The notes beneath the pieces are model-generated. The model searched no databases, was not told where the DNA came from, and saw nothing but the letters and a program-made list of their open reading frames with translations. Source: Podarcis melisellensis (lineage: Eukaryota). Taken from it: DNA of 64,000 nucleotides. Position 1 is the first letter of the stretch; each line of letters begins with the position of its first letter. Made by a program: the position numbers and the translations under genes. Shown piece after piece: positions 50,461 to 63,758 of the stretch. Location of the stretch: assembly GCA_964234715.1 (NCBI GenBank), contig OZ174277.1; one strand, given 5' to 3'.

Positions 50461-51142
50461 CGTTGTTGTTGTTGTTTGTTTGTTTGTTGTTGTTGTTAAA
50501 CGTTTTTCTCTGAGCCAGTATTGACTCCTTGCTGACCACTGTTAACAACTTGGGAGCCTTATTTGGAAATGTGCTTTCCATTTCTGAAACCTTCCCCTCG
50601 TTTTGAGAGAATGGGGCAGTGTTTTCATAGGAGTGTGTAAAAGTAGTTGTTGAGTTTTTACTTGCAGCATAATGTTGGTGGGGCATGTGCTTGCATATAT
50701 TGTTAAAGTTAAGCTTTTGATCACTTTGGATGTGTTGAGAACAAAATGGTGCCCTGGCTGCTGTATGAAGGCCATGCCATGTCAAGTGATCTAGGGATTT
50801 TACTTTACCATTTTATATTGCTTCCATTTTCAGTGTCCTAAAAGTAGTGTAAGATAAGGTCCCAGATCTCTGTTTTACATTTGTTATCTCATCCCATTTT
50901 TGAGGGTTTGAAATTTTAAAAAGTGTCAATGTTGGCCTTTCCAGACTACACAATAACCTTAAAAGCTCAGCCCAGAATTGGGATATTTCAAAACTAAAAA
51001 TACCATTGTCTTCAGACCTTTATGGGGTTTAATATGATATGGCACATGATGGACTTTAAATTTTAAAGAAAAATTACTGCATCGTCTTTAGAACCCTTAT
51101 TAAAAAAACAACACTGAAAGCTAAACAGATTGCTGCTATGTA

Positions 51143-51418
51143 CCACATTTTTCACCCTATAGGACGCACTTTTTCCCCTCCAAAAATGAAGGGGAAATGT
51201 GTGTGCGTCCTATGGGAAGAATGCAGGCTTCAGGAAGCTATCCGCAAGCCTGGGGAGCCCGCGGGAGTTCCCGCAGGGCTCCCTAGGCTTGCGGATAGCA
51301 GCCTGTTCTGGGGGCTTGGGGGGGGAATAATTTTTTTCTTTATTTCCTCCCCCCCAAAAAACAACAACAACTAGGTGTGCCCTATGGGCCGGTGCGCCCT
51401 ATAGGGCGAAAAATACAG
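51143..51418. mobile_element. Tc2/pogo-type MITE (family of 6672-7223) with a central hairpin
   Basis: TIR ccacatttttcaccctatagg / cctatagggcgaaaaatacag, TA TSD, shared subterminal ggggaaatgtgtgtgcgtc. Confidence 0.88.
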
Positions 51419-52407
51419 TAAGCTAGAAGAAGAAATAAGCACAGTAGGCAATCAGATTTGGTTTGGTTACTATTTTAATGACTGAGACATTTCTCTTATT
51501 GACCTAGTTCACACAAAGCGTTAAAGCAAACCATGATTTAATGAGACTTAATGAATGTGCAGGTTTCTAGAGACAAGTTGGCACCCGCTTTTTTCTTTCT
51601 GGTCCTTTTTTACTCCTTAGGCCCAGACTTGCTGCCTGAGGTGACCACCTCACCTTACCTCATTGGAAGACTGGGCTTGAGCCAAACCTTAGCTTAGTTC
51701 AGATGACTGAAGAGAAGTAGCTGCCAGCTCCTCTCTGGGACTTGACATTTTTGCACTGTCTCACTAAGCCAATGTTTGACTTACTATGTCATGGGAATCA
51801 TCTTGCTATCTCAATGCTCAGTTTGACAAATGTTAAATTTGTACTTGAATATTTGCATTGGTTTTTTGGTTTTTAATTTTATTGTAATGTTTATTTCTTT
51901 TCATTTTAGTGTTTCTGGTTCCACCCTAGGACCCTCCGATAAAGGGTGGACTATAAATCAGTTCATTAAATAAAGCAAAATGACTACATGAAACTCAGGA
52001 TTTGATATTGCTTTGTCCTCTGCATCCTCTTCCTTGAGGGAAACATCTAACCTTGCAGATCTGTACTGGTAGAAAAACATTGGAAATATGAATTTAGACA
52101 GGGCTCCAGGCAGCCACTGCTGACTTTTATTACATGTCATAAGTTTTCATATATGCCTACTCAGGTTCTACTACTTTTCTAGTACGTATTATAAAAAGAA
52201 CGGAAGCTTGATGAATAGAAGCCAAGGAGGGACCACACAAATGCACTGATTGGCACCCACCCTCGCTGTGCCATTGTGACTGTTCACGTTACGGCACAAA
52301 TTAGAAGGAGGAGTGTAAAAAAAAGGCTTGAAATGAACTGTATACCAATTTATTTAGAATATAGAGGTCTTTGTACGTTGTGCTCCTTGAAAAGCTGCTT
52401 GTTAGTA

Positions 52408-52592
52408 TAGTCGTACCTTGGAAGTAAAACGGAATCTGTTCTGGAAGTCCGTTTGACTTACAAAGCTCCTGCAGCCAACTGGAAGCTGTGGAAGCCCTGT
52501 CAGACATTTGGCTTCCAAAAATAGTTTGCAAACCGGAACAGTCACTTCCAGGTTTGCGGCGTTTAGGAGTCAAAACGTTCGAGCTACACCTG
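52408..52592. mobile_element. Tigger-like MITE (diverged)
   Basis: ta|tagtcgtaccttgg...gagctacacctg|ta, with internal gaatctgttctggaagtc shared with the 45043 element. Confidence 0.72.
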
Positions 52593-53649
52593 TATTGGTG
52601 AACTCACTGAAAATTTATATTATGTTGCTTAGGAGGGAGGAGTAGACTATAGCCAGAGATGGGAATTGGGGCCCTCCTCATAGGAATTTTTTACCCCATG
52701 GAGTGCTTTACTTGACTTGGTTCTCCTCAGCATGGTGATAAGTGTTTTAACCAGTGTTAGAATCTGAGATATGAAAGCTGGGAGCTAAATGACACCTTAA
52801 ACCTAGGTTATGAGCACAACAACGGAATGTCTAGGTGCACTTATTTTATAACCAGAGTACAAAGCTGAAAATGAATGAACTGCAGCTAAAATATTATGTT
52901 CATTTTTCACATGTTCTAGTTCTTTCCTCACCCACCTTTCTAATATTCTTAAGAGGGTCTCTTCTCCAGTCTTCAGAGAGTAGCTGGAAGTGGGGAGGCA
53001 GAAAAAGGTCCTCCTTTCCTTCCACTCTGCAGTTTTATTATGAAATCTTAGTCACAGTACTGCTCCCAGAGCTCAGAAACTGCTCACACTAAAGAAATTT
53101 CCCATCGCAAAATGCACTGAGAACAATGGGAGTTTTGAACGCTGGTTCTTTATGGTGGTCCAAATTTTAACAATAAAGACTGTTGGCAGTTATTGCTCAC
53201 TGTGCTACAACTTGTGATGAGCTCATGACACATTTGTACAAGTTCCCCTCTCATAATTTCCTTAAAGTGTGGTAATACAGATATGTAAACATGTTATGAG
53301 TGTTTTGGAAGATAACTGCAAAATGATTGCCTCTGTGATATTTTTTAGCAACAGTATTATACTGTATTATACTGTAAAAATGTAAATTGATAAACTGAAA
53401 GGGTACTTTCTCTGCTTAGGACAGTTTGAAGTTTTAATGGCATGTTACTAGTAAAATTAGTTGAGGACGCATAGCAGCATGTCATGCACTATGACATTTT
53501 TGATACTTTGCATCTGATACTCAGATTCAGTTTAATCTTATTTGTAGGTTAAACTGAGAGGGTGCGACTGTCCCAAATTGCCCAGTTAATTTTATGGGTA
53601 GGTGGGAATTTTGACTGGGTTTCTCCAGCCTAATTTCAATACTTTAGCC

Positions 53650-54031
53650 CAGTGGTTCTCAAAGGGTTTGGTGAACCACACTAATGTGACAGGAGAGGAT
53701 AACAAATGTGGCCAGAAGATTCAAGGACAATCAAAGAAATATTTAAACATTTCAGCACAACATAACATAGTATAGTATAGTATAGTATAGTATAGTATAG
53801 TATAGTATAGTATCACACTAATATTTATGTTTGCAGAATATGTAGCTGCATTGTTTTATACTTTCTGAATGTCCCATGATCATAGTTGTGTTCTGTGTTA
53901 TAAATAAAGCATTGCTAGGAGTTCTTTCATTTTGTTTTCCAATGTATTTCTTATCAATAAAAAATCAGTGTGGCATGAGAAAATTGTTGTTCTGCAAGTG
54001 GGGCCCAGAGAAAATAGTTTGAGAACCACTT
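53650..54031. mobile_element. hAT-Charlie-type non-autonomous element containing a (TAGTA)n microsatellite
   Basis: TIR cagtggttctcaaa / tttgagaaccactt, TSD ctttagcc / ctctagcc (7 of 8), (TAGTA)n at about 53768-53812. Confidence 0.85.
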
Positions 54032-54448
54032 CTCTAGCCAGTAGAATGCTGGTTCTGCATTCCTCCTCAAGAAAGAACCCTCGCTCACTAAATGCACAAC
54101 GAATTTGCACTGGCTGACTTTGTAGCAAACCTAAGAGCCTTTCCTAGAGCCTGTGAATACTATTTCTCTCAGGATCATAGAAAGAGGACCATATCAGAAT
54201 TAGAAAAATTTAAACATATTAATATGTTACAGCTCAGCTAGTGCAGCTGAGCACATATATTCTGCATTACCGATGGAAGAAAAAAGGGACTCCATACATA
54301 AGGTAACAATTATATGTCTGCTAATAGAACATTGGATTTGATATTTCCTGCTTGGTGTTAGTTTGTTGCTGTTGAGATGGAAGTTATATTGATTTCTATA
54401 ATTTTACAGGAGTTTAAATTCTAATTCTGCAGCCTTTTTCCTTTATAG

Positions 54449-54645
54449 ATGCCACCTCAAATGAACAGCAAGACCTCTTCTGTCAGAAGCTACAGCAGTG
54501 TTGTGTATTGTTTGATTTCATGGACTCTGTCTCTGACTTGAGAAGCAAAGAAATTAAAAGAGCAACACTGAATGAATTGGTTGAATATGTTTCAACACAT
54601 CGTGGTGTGTTAGTTGAATCAGCATATTCTGATATAGTGAAAATG
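54449..54645 (+). CDS. PPP2R5A: B56-alpha coding exon 2 (DATSNEQQDLFCQKLQQCCVLFDFMDSVSDLRSKEIKRATLNELVEYVSTHRGVLVESAYSDIVKM), 197 nt
   Basis: Acceptor cctttttcctttatag| and donor ATG|GTAAGT. Near-identical to the start of the B56 domain of B56-alpha. Frame is continuous with exons 1 and 3. Confidence 0.98.
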
Positions 54646-57150
54646 GTAAGTAAAACACCTGAAGTATACTCTTCTTGGACACATTTAAAAAGTGACACCC
54701 AATATTTTTTGCTAAATATAGTCTGTGTTCTGTATTAATTTTTCTATAGCAGAACAAATTTTTTGCTGACACTACCTGTTAACTTGCTGTTAAATTGTAA
54801 CGGATTAAAATTGGTTACATTTAGTTGCATGACAACCATAGGTGACAAGGACGCAGGAATGGGTTCATTGTTTGTCCCTCTTTTACTGCAGAATGACGGA
54901 TTAAAGCTCAAAGGTTATAGCTGGAGAGAACAATGGCTGCATTTGGATGTCACACTAAACTATGGTTAAGTGAGATACGGGTACCACACCCAGGAGGAGT
55001 AGTTTGGGAGCTTTTGCTTTACCACAGCTTCCTGTGTTAGCTAGACCTAGAACTGTGGTTAATTTTAATTGTCGCTACTTTCAGATAAGACAGCTTCAAA
55101 AACTACAGATTGAGTTCTCTTGTTTGAAGCTAACCGTATTTTACATTACTACAGTTTGTTTATGCAGTCTGTACAAAAACTTCTATTCAGCAAGCACAGA
55201 AGCAGAAACTTCTACTGCTTCTGGCCACACAGGAGTGGGAGAGGTAAAGGTGTGTGTGAGCCAGACTAGGGCTGTTCATGTCTTCCTAAGCCGTAAGAGG
55301 CCAAGAGAAAGTTGCTAAACCTCTTCCTATGTTTCCAGTTGCAGCTAAGCAGGAAAAGTTCACAGCTTGGTCAATAGATTGCTTTTGCTCCAGCTACTTT
55401 TATACCTCAATTTTCTCCCAGCAATTTCATACTCAGTCTCTTCCTATACATAGAATTGTGTCTCAGAAGAAATTGTAGCTTTCAACAGTCATTTCTCTCC
55501 CTCCAACAACAGCAATTTAGTTTGCAGCTCCTTCTCCTGACATCACATTGACTCTGCACTTGTTAGTGCAAAACAGACAGTGCAAAGGAACAAATGCTGG
55601 CGTAAAAAATGTCTGCTTGATTTTTGAATGTGCACTTGTTCCTTATTCATCATGAGGAGGAGCAAAACTGCAAGAAAGAACGGGTGAGGAAGGGAGGGAA
55701 AGAAGTGAAGAGAATTAGTTGGGTTGAAAGTGACAAAGGAGTAGAAAAAGGAAAACGGAAGCAGAAGAAGGAAAGGAGAATGGGAAGGAGGAAAACTAAG
55801 ATGATGGAGAAGGTTCAGAAGCAAGATTAGAGAAAGAGCAGAGGGTGAAGAATCAAGAAAACAGCATAGGGTAGGGAAGAAATAATAGCAAGAATTAGAG
55901 TGCTAGGGTGGTTTCATATGTATAATATAAATGCATGGCTGCCCACTGAGCTCCCCAATATTGGCTTCTAACGATTTGCAAAAATGTTTGTCCCTTTTTC
56001 TACTTACTATGAGATTTTCTGTGGACTTTATAGCATGTTGGTCACACCTATAAAGTTACTTAGGCTGTGCACACATTAACAGCTTAAACCCCCTCCCAAC
56101 TGCATTTTAGATTGTATTTCCACAAGTGTTCATCAGTATAGTTGGATGTGTTTCCAAGTCACCTGCTTTCTCTCCACACCAATGGCTGGAGAGGGAGCCT
56201 GGATGTCTTCTTGTGTCTTGCATTTTCATATTGGATCAAAGCTGCTTTGGGGGCAAATGCAACAAAATGCATAATTTCCCAAGAAATGACAGGACAGATG
56301 AGGAATGTGGCTAAGGTTGTGTGTACACAACTTCACAAACCAGCAGTCGGAGAGCACTGAAGGCAGAGTAAAAAGAAGTATGTACACCACAACCTTAGCC
56401 TCAGCATAGTTGAAGGGATAGAAGTGGCACACAAAAGTGCGCATATTGGTTAACTATCTTAAATTTAATATTATCGAGCAATGATCAGCTTTCATTTCTT
56501 TTTAGGGATGACTATTTAGAGTCCAACATTTTATATTAAACATGTCAATTAGGATCTGACACTTCACAGCCTTTTCTGTTAATGTTTGTAAATGTATTAT
56601 TGAAATCTTGCTTGTGGTTATTGAAGTTAATGGTAAATATGCAGTTGATTTTATTGACTGTGGATTGCACCAATTGTTTATATAAATTTACAAGTTTAAT
56701 CTTTGTCTTCAGTTTCCAGATGGGTAGCACAGTTAGTCTGTTGCAGGAAAAAAAGAAAGTGCTTTGGCATCTTGAACAGTAGCAAATTCACCATGGCATA
56801 AACTTTCATGGATCAGAGTCCACATCATCAGTTGCTCTATCTTTAGTAACTTTGGCATTATCATCTACAAATTCATATTTGACTGTGTTCCTGGAAAACA
56901 AATGTTCAAGCATAACAGTTGATGACAGCCATAAAATACAGTGGTAGAAAAGTGGGCAAACTGCAATGTTGCTCACTAGGAGTGTGGATGATGCTGACCA
57001 GGAATCCTGGAAAAAGCTTTGTTTACCAAGTAAAAACATAATTAAGATGATCAAAGAGAGATGTCTTGTTCCTAAACAGGAATCCAGATTTCAAAAATCT
57101 TGTAAAAATAAATGAAATCAATTTTGGTAGAAGGTTTTTCAGGATATCTT

Positions 57151-57330
57151 GTAAGAACATAGGATTAGCCTGCTGGATCAGCCAAGTGGCCAACCAGATA
57201 GATTCCTGTGGGAAATATGCAGAAAATGAGCACAAGCACTTTCCCCTTCCATGGTTTCCAGCAACTGTCATTCAGAAGCATTTCTGCCTCCAACATTGGA
57301 GGTAGAGCGTACCCTTAAATAGCTTGTGGA
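57151..57330 (-). mobile_element. CR1 3' fragment
   Basis: gtaagaacatagg...gcctgctggatcag is the reverse of the CR1 tail. Confidence 0.65.
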
Positions 57331-57338
57331 CAAATGCT

Positions 57339-57420
57339 GGCTCCCTCAGCCTGAAAGCGAGATGAGTGCTGCACCTCATACTTGCCTTTGACTGGACTTA
57401 ACTATCCAGGGGTCCTTTTT
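57339..57420 (+). mobile_element. Sauria SINE 3' fragment
   Basis: gcctgaaagcgagatgagtgctgc...gactggacttaactatccaggggtcctttt; homologous to 28555. Confidence 0.8.
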
Positions 57421-57739
57421 TTTAAATGGCTAGCCTTCTCAAATATAATAGCCATGTATGTTTCCTTTTCTCATGAGAATACATCAATGTAATACCAATC
57501 TGAAATGTAAAGTTGTGGACCAAAACTTTTTGTTTCATGTTCTTACTTTTTTAGAAAACGTTTTGGTAACATTTGAGTATATGCAATTTCATAGTGCATA
57601 TACTAAGATTAGAATTTCATTAATTCTAGAAATGACTGAAAACCAAATTAGTTTCCCATGTGTTCAACCCTGGTCTTTGAATTAGATACCCTTGCTAGGT
57701 TAAATAAACTTAAACACCCTTGTGACACCTTGAAGGTTT

Positions 57740-57900
57740 AAAGCTTGTTCTATAATAAATCTTTTAGTCTTTAAGGTGCCCCAGCTGTTGTTTTTGCTTC
57801 AGCAAACTTAAAGCTTTTCCTACAGTAAATCTGTTAGTCTTTAAGGTGCCTTAAGCTATTGTGTGTGTTGCAGCAGACCGACAAAGCTACCCCTCTGGAC
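57740..57900 (+). mobile_element. Penelope-like terminal repeat, two tandem units
   Basis: aaagctt...taaatct.ttagtctttaaggtgcc repeated twice about 72 bp apart, ending gctacccctctgga. Confidence 0.75.
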
Positions 57901-57938
57901 AGGTATTCAGATTATAGCAGGACTGGTCCCAGCTCCTT

Positions 57939-57981
57939 GGTGGGTGGGTGGGTGTGTTTGTGTGTGTGTGTGTGTGTGTGT
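57939..57981. repeat. (GGGT)n/(GT)n microsatellite
   Basis: Directly visible. Confidence 0.95.
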
Positions 57982-59381
57982 TCACAGCATACACAGTTAA
58001 AGATCTATAATGCAGTGCAATGTTAGATTATTAATATGTATTCAGTGAAGACCTGCAAAATATGTAAAAGACCTATTACATTTTTAGAACAAAGCAGCTC
58101 CTTCACAAATTAAAAAAACAGAACTAATCCCCTTTTGTAATTGGCGTAACAGTGGCTAGATAACTTGAGAGTTTAAAAAGTACAGTTCTTCCATCTAGTA
58201 ATTGTACTTTAAAACAAAGTATTAAACTGCAGAACACTTCTAGTTATTGTTTTGTGCTTGTGGCACATTGTACTAGTCTTGATTACGGTTGATTGCTAGA
58301 ATCATCTGTGGGGTCCAGGAACTACCACCTTGGGTTGGAATTTCACCACTGACTACACTTAATTGTAAATAACTATTGCAATCAATATATGGAGTTGCAG
58401 CCACAAAGCAGTTTATGATGCACAGCATTGTTCCATGCATCTTTCGTCTCACAACTCATCCATTTACACTGGGCACACCAGGGTTAGCTGTGGGGGATCA
58501 GCTTTATTCTACTTCCACGTAATTTCATTAAGTGGGAATAAAACTGCTGCTGCTGATGCTCAGTGCTTTTTGTCCATACATACATGAAAGACACAACTCA
58601 TCCATAATTCATTGAATAATGCGCGAGGAATATCTTTTGGAAATACCTAACTATTTTTGTAAAGGAAATTAGAAGTCACTTTTCACAACTTTTTACAGTG
58701 GCCTGTAAACATTATGGTGGGCAGCTACCATGGTCTGATATTTGGAATGTCCGACAGCCTCATGGGTTCTCTTTGTTATTCTAGCCCCTTGGATGTTTCC
58801 CCTCCACTTAGCCATGGTTTACCATGACACCTGAACTTGTATCACCATAGCAACTGCTAAGCCGCAGTTTAACTGTGCACTTTTTCAAAATTAAGAGAGC
58901 TCAAAACAAGGATTTCCATCTTAAAATCTGGCTTGATTGCAAATTATGGTTAGTAGCATTTGTGACTACTCCAGTTCAGATATATATATTTATTAATAAC
59001 ACTCCTAGACCTCTCTTCATTACAAAATAATCATAGAGCAGTTTCTCAAATATTATAAACAAGATGGACAACAATTAAACAACTATATGACATCAGATGT
59101 AGTGTAGGAGTGTGTTATTTGGGGGAAACATCCTTGAAGGCCAAATTTGGAGCCTGGCCTAGCCCATGGGATGGATATTTTCCAGCCCGGACCCTGTTCT
59201 CTCTCACTGGCCTATCACAAGGTGCAAACCCTCAACTCAAATTCCTAAGCAAATACAGTATTTCTGTGGATGATGATGACTCCCCCACCACCAGCATTGA
59301 CCTTCCGGCCTATGCTGATGCCAGGGGAGAGGACACCACTGAGTCAGGTCAGGCCTGCTCAGTTCGCCCACCAAGTCTTCA

Positions 59382-59382
<1 letters not shown>

Positions 59383-59428
<46 letters not shown>

Positions 59429-60649
59429 TAAATTTTATTTATACCCCGCCCTCCCCAGCCGAAGCCGGGCTCAGGGCGGCTAACAACACTAAAACAGTAC
59501 AACATTATAAAACATTATAAAAATGACTTAAAATCAAAATTGATGGCAACCATAAACTAAAGTTTTGTAAAGATTGCCAAAGGAGGGAGTCAGGCTGCGC
59601 CCTGACCAAAGGCCAGGTGGAACAGCTCTGTCTTGCAGGCCCTGCGGAAAGATGTCAAGTCCTGGAGGGCCCTTGTCTCTTGTGACAGAGCGTTCCACCA
59701 GGTTGGAGCCACAGCCGAAAAAGCCCTGGCTCTAGTTGAGGCCAGCCTAACCTCTCTGTGGCTTGGGACCTTCAAGGTGTTTTTATTTGAAGATCGTAAG
59801 TTCCTCTGTGGGGCATACCAGGAGAGGCAGTCCCGTTGGTACGAGGGCCCTAGGCCGTATAGGGCTTTGAAGGTTAAAACCAGCACCTTAAACCTGATCC
59901 TGTACTCCACCGGGAGCCAGTGCAGCTGGTATAGCACCGGATGAATGTGATCTCTAAGCGAAGACCGCGTAAGGAGTCTCGCTGCGGCATTCTGCACCCG
60001 CAGGAGTTTCTGGGTCAGTCTCAAGGGCAGCCCCACGTAGAGCGAGTTACAATAATCCAGTCTGGAGGTGACCGTCGCATGGATCACAGTGGCTAGGTCA
60101 GGGCGAGAGAGGTAAGGAGCCAACTGCTTAGCTTGGCGGAGATGAAAAAATGCCGCCTTTGTTATAGCTGCAATCTGCGCCTCCATGGAGAGGGAGGTAT
60201 CGAAGATTACACCCAAACTCTTAACGGACGGTGCTGGCACTAATTGCACCCCCGCAAGAGATGGGAGTTGCCCCCTCAGTCCCATGTCGTCCCGTCCCAG
60301 CCAGAGGACCTCTGTCTTCGAAGGATTTAACTTCAACCGGCTCCCACGTAACCATCCAGCCACAGCCTCCAAGCATCTGATCAGTGTGTCTGGGGCTGAG
60401 TCCGGGTGGCCGTCCATCAACAGATAGAGTTGGGTGTCATCAGCATACTGATGGCAGCCCAGCCCAAAACTCCGGACAAGCTGGGCGAGGGGGCGCATAA
60501 AGATGTTAAAAAGCATCGGGGAGAGTATTGCACCCTGGGGCACACCACACACCAAGGAGTGGCGGGATGACAATTCCCCCCCAAGCGCCACCCTCTGTCC
60601 CCGACCAGAGAGAAACGAGCGCAGCCATTGAAGGACTGTGCCCTGTGCC
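59383..60649 (-). mobile_element. Young 5'-truncated L2 LINE in intron 2 (antisense) with an open RT C-terminal ORF (59590-60660)
   Basis: About 350 aa with no stop, including RT motifs GVPQGAILSPMLFNIFM and QYADD. 3' stem-loop, (TTA)n tail and TSD CAGTAATA at 59380-59387 and 60650-60657. Confidence 0.96.
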
Positions 60650-62559
60650 CAGTAATACACACCATGTCAATTGCTTCATGAGACTGGTCTTATGCACTGA
60701 TCTGTCATTCAGCAGCAGTACCAGGTAGGACAAGTTGCCATGGCATTATATGTATTTCTGGCTAAGTGATAGCTCAGAAAAGATCATGGCTGCCAAATGT
60801 CTTTGACCTCTTTTCCTTACCTGACAAATACTTAGAATAAGCAAAATGAGAAAAAACGGGGGGGGGGGGAGGAGAGTTTAAGGAAAATGCAAAGATGTAG
60901 ATTAGGTATGCAATAAATACAATCATAGTGGTCATTAAAGGTGGACAGAGGTATAAGTGGCATGCGAATCTCTGAGGTGCTCACTCTGGTTAGTCCATGG
61001 TCTTGCATTTAATCTAGCATGATGTCTGAACTGTGCTCCTGTCCCTACCAGTGCTTTCCTTGGATGTTCCAGAGATAAAGCCAGTAATGGCCAAGTGAGA
61101 CTCCTACAATGGTAGGAGCATATCCAGCAGTAAGCCAACAATAAATTTCTAGGGTAGGTGAAACCGATACTTGCATTCCTAATGCCCCCAGACAAATAAC
61201 ATGTAAGATTTTCTTTCTGAACAGATATTTTCCTGAAATTGTAGTTCTACATTTGACCTCTCATTCCTTATCTTCAAAGATGCTTTTCACAACAATTTCC
61301 GTGAGAGGTCTGGGAATTTATTATTGTAAATTGTAAAGCAGAGGCACGTTGTGCCTTCACAGCATCCGTGAATGTATTCCATTAAAACAATAGTTCATCA
61401 TATTGTCCTTTGTTTCTCATCTGTAAATTAATCAGCTTCTTTTTAGCACCATCTGTCAAATTCACCTTGAAAGTGCTCAACCCTTATTATACATGTGAAT
61501 AACATTTACATTTATTTAATATAACATGCAGCTAAACTTTATACACTTGAAACCTCTGTGAAATTTGAAAGTTGCCCACTTCAGCCATAGATTTATTAAG
61601 GTTTTGGAACAGAAACTAGAAGGTTTTTGCTCCTGGCATTGCAGTATAAGAAGAAAATGTGAAACTGGCAGCATGAGAATTCTTTATCAAATCTTGAGCA
61701 GATAAGGAAAATGAATGTGTGTAAATACCATGCCCTAAGTCAAGAGAATAATCTGATTGTCTGGTTCTGTGCCCACTGTTGAACAGAACTTGATTTGAAG
61801 TGCTGGATTCAAATCAGTAATCCATGCCAACATAACCTACCACTTTTCTTGATCACTATTTGTCTTTTCCCCTGTAGACAATATGCTAAATATCAGCCCC
61901 ACAGTCTGTGAAGAGAAGCATCTCAAATAGTCTCCTTTCTAACTAATGTTTAAAGAGCATGCAGGCAGCATTTGTTTCAGGTTTCAAAACCAGGAAAAGC
62001 AGAAGTATGATCACTGGACAGAAGTGGTCACTGGGGCTTCACAGACACATGGAAGTAGCAAAATGCCATCTTTAATATCTTCTGTTCCCTGCCCTTCACT
62101 CCAGTGGCTCCTTCTTTTGTTGGCTGTTCATTATTACAAATTTCTTGACACATGCTTATTTCAAGTGTCAATTTTTGATGCTATAGTCACTCTATGTTTA
62201 TCCACCACTTCCCAACTTCCAGAGGATACTTCAGTGTATAGTGGATGGGACTGTTGCTAGAGGAGCTTCAACACCCTTTTCATTACTAGCCTCCTGCCCT
62301 GGGCTTGTCCTTTATCCTGCTCTTTCCATCCCTACTTATGTTCCACCAATCTCTTGTTATAAGTTTTCCACTGGGACATTTTTGCTCCGACCTTGATTCC
62401 AGTGTCTGCTTCTTGTTCCTTTATTAATACAATGTGCAGAAAAGGGGGGCTGCATTATTTGAAAGATTTTTACAAACATGAATGACCACTTACCATCAAA
62501 GAGATGCAAATTCAGTTGGAAACTATGGAAATACCATGACTATTAAGTTACTAATTAAG

Positions 62560-63330
62560 GTCCTTTTTAACAAATTCCCAGGTTAAAAATGAAGCCACAA
62601 GACAATGATATATGAGAAAATAATCGTTGAAGAAAATATAATGACAAAAGGATTAATACATTTTTTCCTATAAATCTGTTATAGAGATTCAGTTTTGCCC
62701 TCAGCGAAATTTGAGAAGGTGCTGGTTATTGAATTGGAAGTTAAAAACTGAAGAAACATGGAACAGTGTGGGGAGTAAAACCGCCATCTATATTGGCAAC
62801 AAGAAAAAGAACCCTTAAAATTGTACATGACTGGTACTAATCTAAAGCCAAACAGATCTCCCATGCATTGGAGAGGATGTCCTATTATAGGGACATATCA
62901 GTGCATGTGTTGGGAATGTCCAAAAACGGAAAGGTTTTGGAAAAATGTATTTACCATAAGTATTTTAATTTCAAGGCAAACAGTTTCCATGACTTCAGGA
63001 CTAGCTCTACTTAATTTGCATAGTCTTGATATATTACAAATTAGAAATAAAGAATTCATAACACATCTATTAACCACTGTAGGAGCAACCATTGCCAGGA
63101 TATGGAAATCATTACAATTATTGACTATGGATCAATGATATAATGTAATTTGGTAAACAGCATTATTGGAAAAACTGACACAAAAAGTATAAATAGCAAG
63201 AGGCCAGAAGAAACACAACAATGTTTATGCATTTTGTAATTTTGTTGATTATATGAATAATGGGGCCTATGGCAGAACAGAACCCATAGTTTACAGTTTG
63301 GTATGTATAAAGTATATATTTTAACTTCCC
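62560..63330 (+). mobile_element. Degraded L1-clade LINE, ORF2 C-terminal zinc-knuckle region
   Basis: HWRGCPIIGTYQCMCWECPKTERFWKNV...HLLTTVGATIARIWKS resembles the CWR-C..GT..HMWW.CP...FW knuckle of non-mammalian L1. Confidence 0.75.
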
Positions 63331-63656
63331 TTTTCTCCCTTACTTCCTACAAATTTCTATAAATTAATTTTTTTGGATTCAAAATCCTTTTTACTAATGG
63401 TCAACAATCCAAACATATACACTATTATACATCATTTCATATCTGTAACAATTTATATCATAACACAACTTGTTAATGTAGGCAGAAATGTTTATCTGAG
63501 CATATGCTGTTTTAAATTAATTCTCATTTTATGTAACTGTTGCATGTCATATGTCTAAATGCAATAAACAAATAATTATAAATACTTTAAAATAAATATT
63601 TGTGTCCTTCTTTGGGCACAATTAAATTAGTTTAAAATGTATCTATATTCTTCCAG

Positions 63657-63758
63657 ATTGGTTCTAATATCTTCAGGACACTTCCACCAAGTGAAAATCC
63701 AGATTTTGATCCAGAAGAAGATGAACCTACGTTAGAAGCTTCATGGCCCCATATACAG
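63657..63758 (+). CDS. PPP2R5A: B56-alpha coding exon 3 ([34 protein letters not shown]), 102 nt; gene continues beyond the window
   Basis: Acceptor ttcttccag| and donor CAG|GTATAC. Carries the B56 hallmark [16 protein letters not shown]. Too short to appear in the ORF track. Confidence 0.97.

Noticed and set aside
54508-54738. Stand-alone 76-aa gene
   Set aside because: It is PPP2R5A exon 2 read into the intron; homology stops at the GTAAGT donor.
56806-57054. Minus-strand acidic ORF (…KYEFVDDNAKVTKDRATDDVDSDP)
   Set aside because: No recognisable family or splice context; likely chance or a decayed TE.
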